Of a stretch of DNA of 64,000 nt, positions 60,217 through 64,000 are shown one piece after another. The translations under genes were made by a program, and so were the position numbers. Origin of the DNA: Phoronis australis (Eukaryota; Animalia; Phoronida). The notes below the pieces were generated by a model, which made no database searches, was not told the DNA's origin, and saw nothing but the letters and a program-made list of their open reading frames with translations. The stretch spans positions 198,628 through 262,627 of the forward strand of contig NMRA01000586.1 of assembly GCA_002633005.1 (NCBI GenBank). The letters are read 5' to 3'. Each line of letters opens with the position of its first letter. Within the stretch, counting starts at the first letter, position 1.

Positions 60217-63200
60217 TAGTTTCGCCAAAGGGTGTAGAGTTAAAAACTGACTTCAGCAGCACGGTTTGCCGGGGCTGGCCATTGCTGCGGCGCCTGGCTG
60301 GCCGCGCAAAATGGGTAGTTACAACTGTACGCTAGACTTCTAAGCCAAAGTGGCTAAATCATTTGAAAACTTTTAGCCATTTTTGATTAGCTATATATTT
60401 TTCCCAACCTCCGCAATTGATTAAAATACCGCAACACAGACGACTTATCATTTCTCTGTTATGCGGCAAAGTCTTTTTCGTAGATTTTTTTTGTCTAAAA
60501 AGTTTGGGCCTGCTGGGATCCCCCTATCCCCAGGTTAATTACGGCGGTGGTACGGCAACACTGAAATAGGTGCGGCTATAGCATGCCTTGAGCGGCGCAC
60601 CATCTAGCTGGGGGCTGGGGGGCTATAGCCCCCCATTGAAGGCGCCGCCCATATACGCCTATAGCCCTCCGCATCCATGGTGTGTTGCCCATAAGGTAGG
60701 ACAATTGACATATTTTTATTTAAAAATATATAACAAATTCGTAGTTCCCGGCAGCGTCCGCGCCTTTTGACTCCTCAATTAAATTAGTGAAAAGTGTGCC
60801 AAGTCTCGATCGAACAATATTTGACGCGACAAATTATGTGCTGAAAATGGGTTAAATAGGAGCGATTCAGGTAATAAGAAAATGATAAATTTGAGCCTAG
60901 AGTTTCAGTCAGCTCAACTCAGTTTTATCCCCCTGGTAATTTAATAAGGTCAGACCGGCTCACAGCAAGTCGCGAGTTAAAAAAGTTATTGCATAGAGAC
61001 AGGATCGCGTTTGCCACCTAAATAGTGTTCTATTAGTCGTTTTGCCATTGCCACTACAGACGACAAGCGGCAGCACCTACACGAGATTTTGCTTTGAAGC
61101 AAGAAATCGCCGCCATTACCAGGAGCTCTTTGTGTTTGCTTACTCAGGCCCGATACCTAGGAACAGTGCCACATCAGGGCGTACTATGGAGAATTTCTCG
61201 TTACACTCGGCTGGTCACCGCTGAAATTCCGTTTGCACCGCTCAGGCAACTTTATATAATGCCTATTCAGCTTGCCTTTTTTATTCAAACTAATGAAGCG
61301 GAAATGTGATCGCTGTTACACCGAAACTGTATTTCTCTGACATTTGCACAGAGTTACACCCTGAAATGTGTTAAGTTCGGGGGTTGGTGGCGTTTCAGAT
61401 ATTACAACATAAAAAAGCTCAAAACGGAAACTTGGATTAATCTTGACAAAGGACCATTACCCAAATTGCGATCGTTGGTTTTAGATATGATTTAAAACTG
61501 CTATGGTCGTTTTATTATTAATACTCCAGTCTACTTTGTTTACTGCTCGTAGGTTACTAACTTTTGATTTCATTTTTAAGCTCGAAGTGGCAAATCAGTG
61601 GCAGATTTTGATCGTCAGAGAAAGTTGACTCTCGCTCGCCGACCAGGCACCTCGATCATCTATTGCTTGGATTTTCTCAGTGACTTTGAAGGTAACCATC
61701 ATAGTTAATCTTCACAACACGACACCTATTTCAGTCATCGCTAGCCGATTACCGAATATCACACTGAATTTTCAGGTTAGTGTGCTGCTCCTCAAATAAA
61801 GTAGTAGTTCAACGCGGGCAACAAGCATTGGCAAAAAGCTTTTGACATCTAATTTGGTCAAAGTGTGTTGTTCCTATTTGTGGTAAAGTAGTTTAGTTGT
61901 ATACTAAAAGTATAAACCGCGAGCCCTAATTATGATCAGCGTTTGTTTATCAATATGCACGGTTGTTTATCTTCATTCCGTAACCAATGTTCGTAGTGTT
62001 TAGCTCATTAGCTACTAGTTCATCGATTTTTAAAAATTGAAAACCATGCGATATTGATTTTTGCAGCTGAATACTTTCGTACCGTTTTATTGGCTTATGC
62101 ATTTTGAAAATTGTCCCGTATGTACAAGGGAGAGAGGTTTACTACAGTAATTGCTCGCACTGGACTGTGCGGTCATCACAACTACATCCGACTCTGGCAC
62201 CGCGCTCACTTTGATCCTGGTGCAAGCCGTTCCGAACGAGGCTGAAGAAGCAGCGGTGAAAAGTCCCGCATATCTTCAGAATTGAATGTTTTCCTTGTTA
62301 GCAAATTATTCACGGCAAGGGCGCGCGAGGAGACTCAGAGCACAAGTTAATTCAACTTCATTAACCCCCAACGTTCTTATCGCCACCACCTGTGCAACCC
62401 TCCTTCTCCACGTTCTCCCGATGTCATCAAATTTGTATCGCACGCCGTGAGGGGGCGACAAATACCGGAGATATGCAAAAATTGGAATTGGACAAACTAT
62501 ATATATATATGTGCGTGGTACGTGCGTGTGCCGTGCGTGTGTCTTGCGTGTGTGTGTAGGCTAGCTGATGATCAGCTCAGCAACTCGATTGCTCAGCTCG
62601 TATCCGCCGAGATGCATGGCCCTAATGATTAGGCCGAAACAAAGCCGTTCAATAGTGGCATCTCAGTTGTAGGTAGACAATGGTTCTCTACATCTACTGG
62701 AAAAAGGTGTCGCCTTCAGCCCTTGATTTGACGAAAGTTATTGTAAGCTTCTGTATTGTATAGGGCAATTATTGCATTAGCGATGACGTCATAATTATGA
62801 GCCTATAAGCATGACTAACCCGTCGAAATCGATTCACGCATGTGCCTTGGCCGGCGCCCTAGCATGTAGTCAATATTCATGGAGGGGGAGGGGTGGTTTG
62901 AACTTCTAGAATGGTGGACCTTTGATATTTTGCAAACGTCGACACAGGTTTCGATAAGGCCTTTGCTGGCGAAGCTTAACATTACAGCGTTTTCCCGCTG
63001 CGATCCCAACTTGTTCGATTCTGTAGTATAGCCCGACAACCAGTTGGGAAGTTTACCCCTATAGCCAATATCTTACACGACTGATTAACTCCATTCTGGC
63101 ATTCGTGGTTGGAGGACCAGCTCTCTTTTGTTCGATAATTGCTCTAATCTCCAATAAGATCGTATCTACCCTGACTGGGCTGTGCTGTTAAAAATAAAAA

Positions 63201-64000
63201 AGTAAAGTTATAACATACTTGAACATAAACCAATAGAATTTCTGAAATCTTCCTCAAATGGTGATGTTTAGTTTTTGAATCGCCAAAATCGCCCAACTGC
63301 AACCGCGAGTTACGACAATCTATTCTTTCCGAATGTACCAATTTCCTTTGGGTTTGACTGTGTTCACACGTGGTCTAGCTGTAATTAAAGCCTGGTAGAT
63401 AATTGGCCTGCTTGTTGTCATAACAGACAAAAGAGTGTGCTTGGCAGTTAACTAAGTACCTAGATGTTTAACACACGCTCAGAACCCCCTACGTCTGGTA
63501 AAGTCACTGAATGAGAAAACGCTGTCACTGAACCCCCCCCCCCCCCGACTATGGGCTTGGGGGNNNNNNNCTATTTAAAAATTCAAAGACGGCTAATATT
63601 TGCTTTTGTCTGTGGGGTTCGCGATTTACAAGCACTAAGATCACTACTGCAGTTTAAAGCCTATCTTGAACATGCAGTAACACTGGACTGAAATTTCTAT
63701 ATCCTACAGTATTGTACGAGCATTGATCTGAGCCCAGTAGTTCCTTTAATTATCAAATGTAACGAATTGTTAGGGATATTGGTTTGCTTTTGTATACGTC
63801 ACCGTGAGAATCATCTTTTAATTCAAACAGCTGCGATCGAATAACAAGCGCACCCAATGGTGTTCCATTCGGACCCCTATCAATATAATTGTTGTCGACC
63901 TTTTGTTGTTTGTGCAGTGATCTCGCAGTGAGGCAATGTGACGCGAAAAGGCAGCTACTCCTATCATTTGACGGGCTTACAATGATACAATGATGCGATT

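Noticed and set aside
62565-62650. CTGATGA...GAAAC possible hammerhead
   Set aside because: I could not build consistent stems I-III, and there is no UH cleavage site after GAAAC.

Overview
This window is draft-assembly genomic DNA from an animal, probably an invertebrate bilaterian. It has GT-AG introns, N gaps and many repeats. The + strand carries the middle part of UBR4/p600, a giant N-recognin E3 ligase: 36 phase-compatible exons at 4339-43289 (about 6.4 kb of CDS), running from just before the UBR box to the CxxC zinc region. Five of these exons are also present as a second, probably allelic copy at 1-3468, in front of an N gap. An intact single-coding-exon class A GPCR with melatonin-receptor-like motifs (NRY, NSxxY) lies antisense inside the 8.4 kb UBR4 intron. 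I found no further UBR4 exon after 43289, and the last 20 kb is mostly mobile DNA. It includes Helentron-associated (HINE-like) elements whose ~150 bp monomers each carry a CTCF-like motif, two head-to-head inverted repeats with hammerhead-ribozyme cores (one with a tRNA-like Pol III head), a 3.2 kb TIR element with CCATGG arrays and a decayed spliced ORF, and several MITEs. Several UBR4 3' splice sites have been locally tandem-duplicated, leaving decoy acceptors. All calls were made by eye; no database searches were run.
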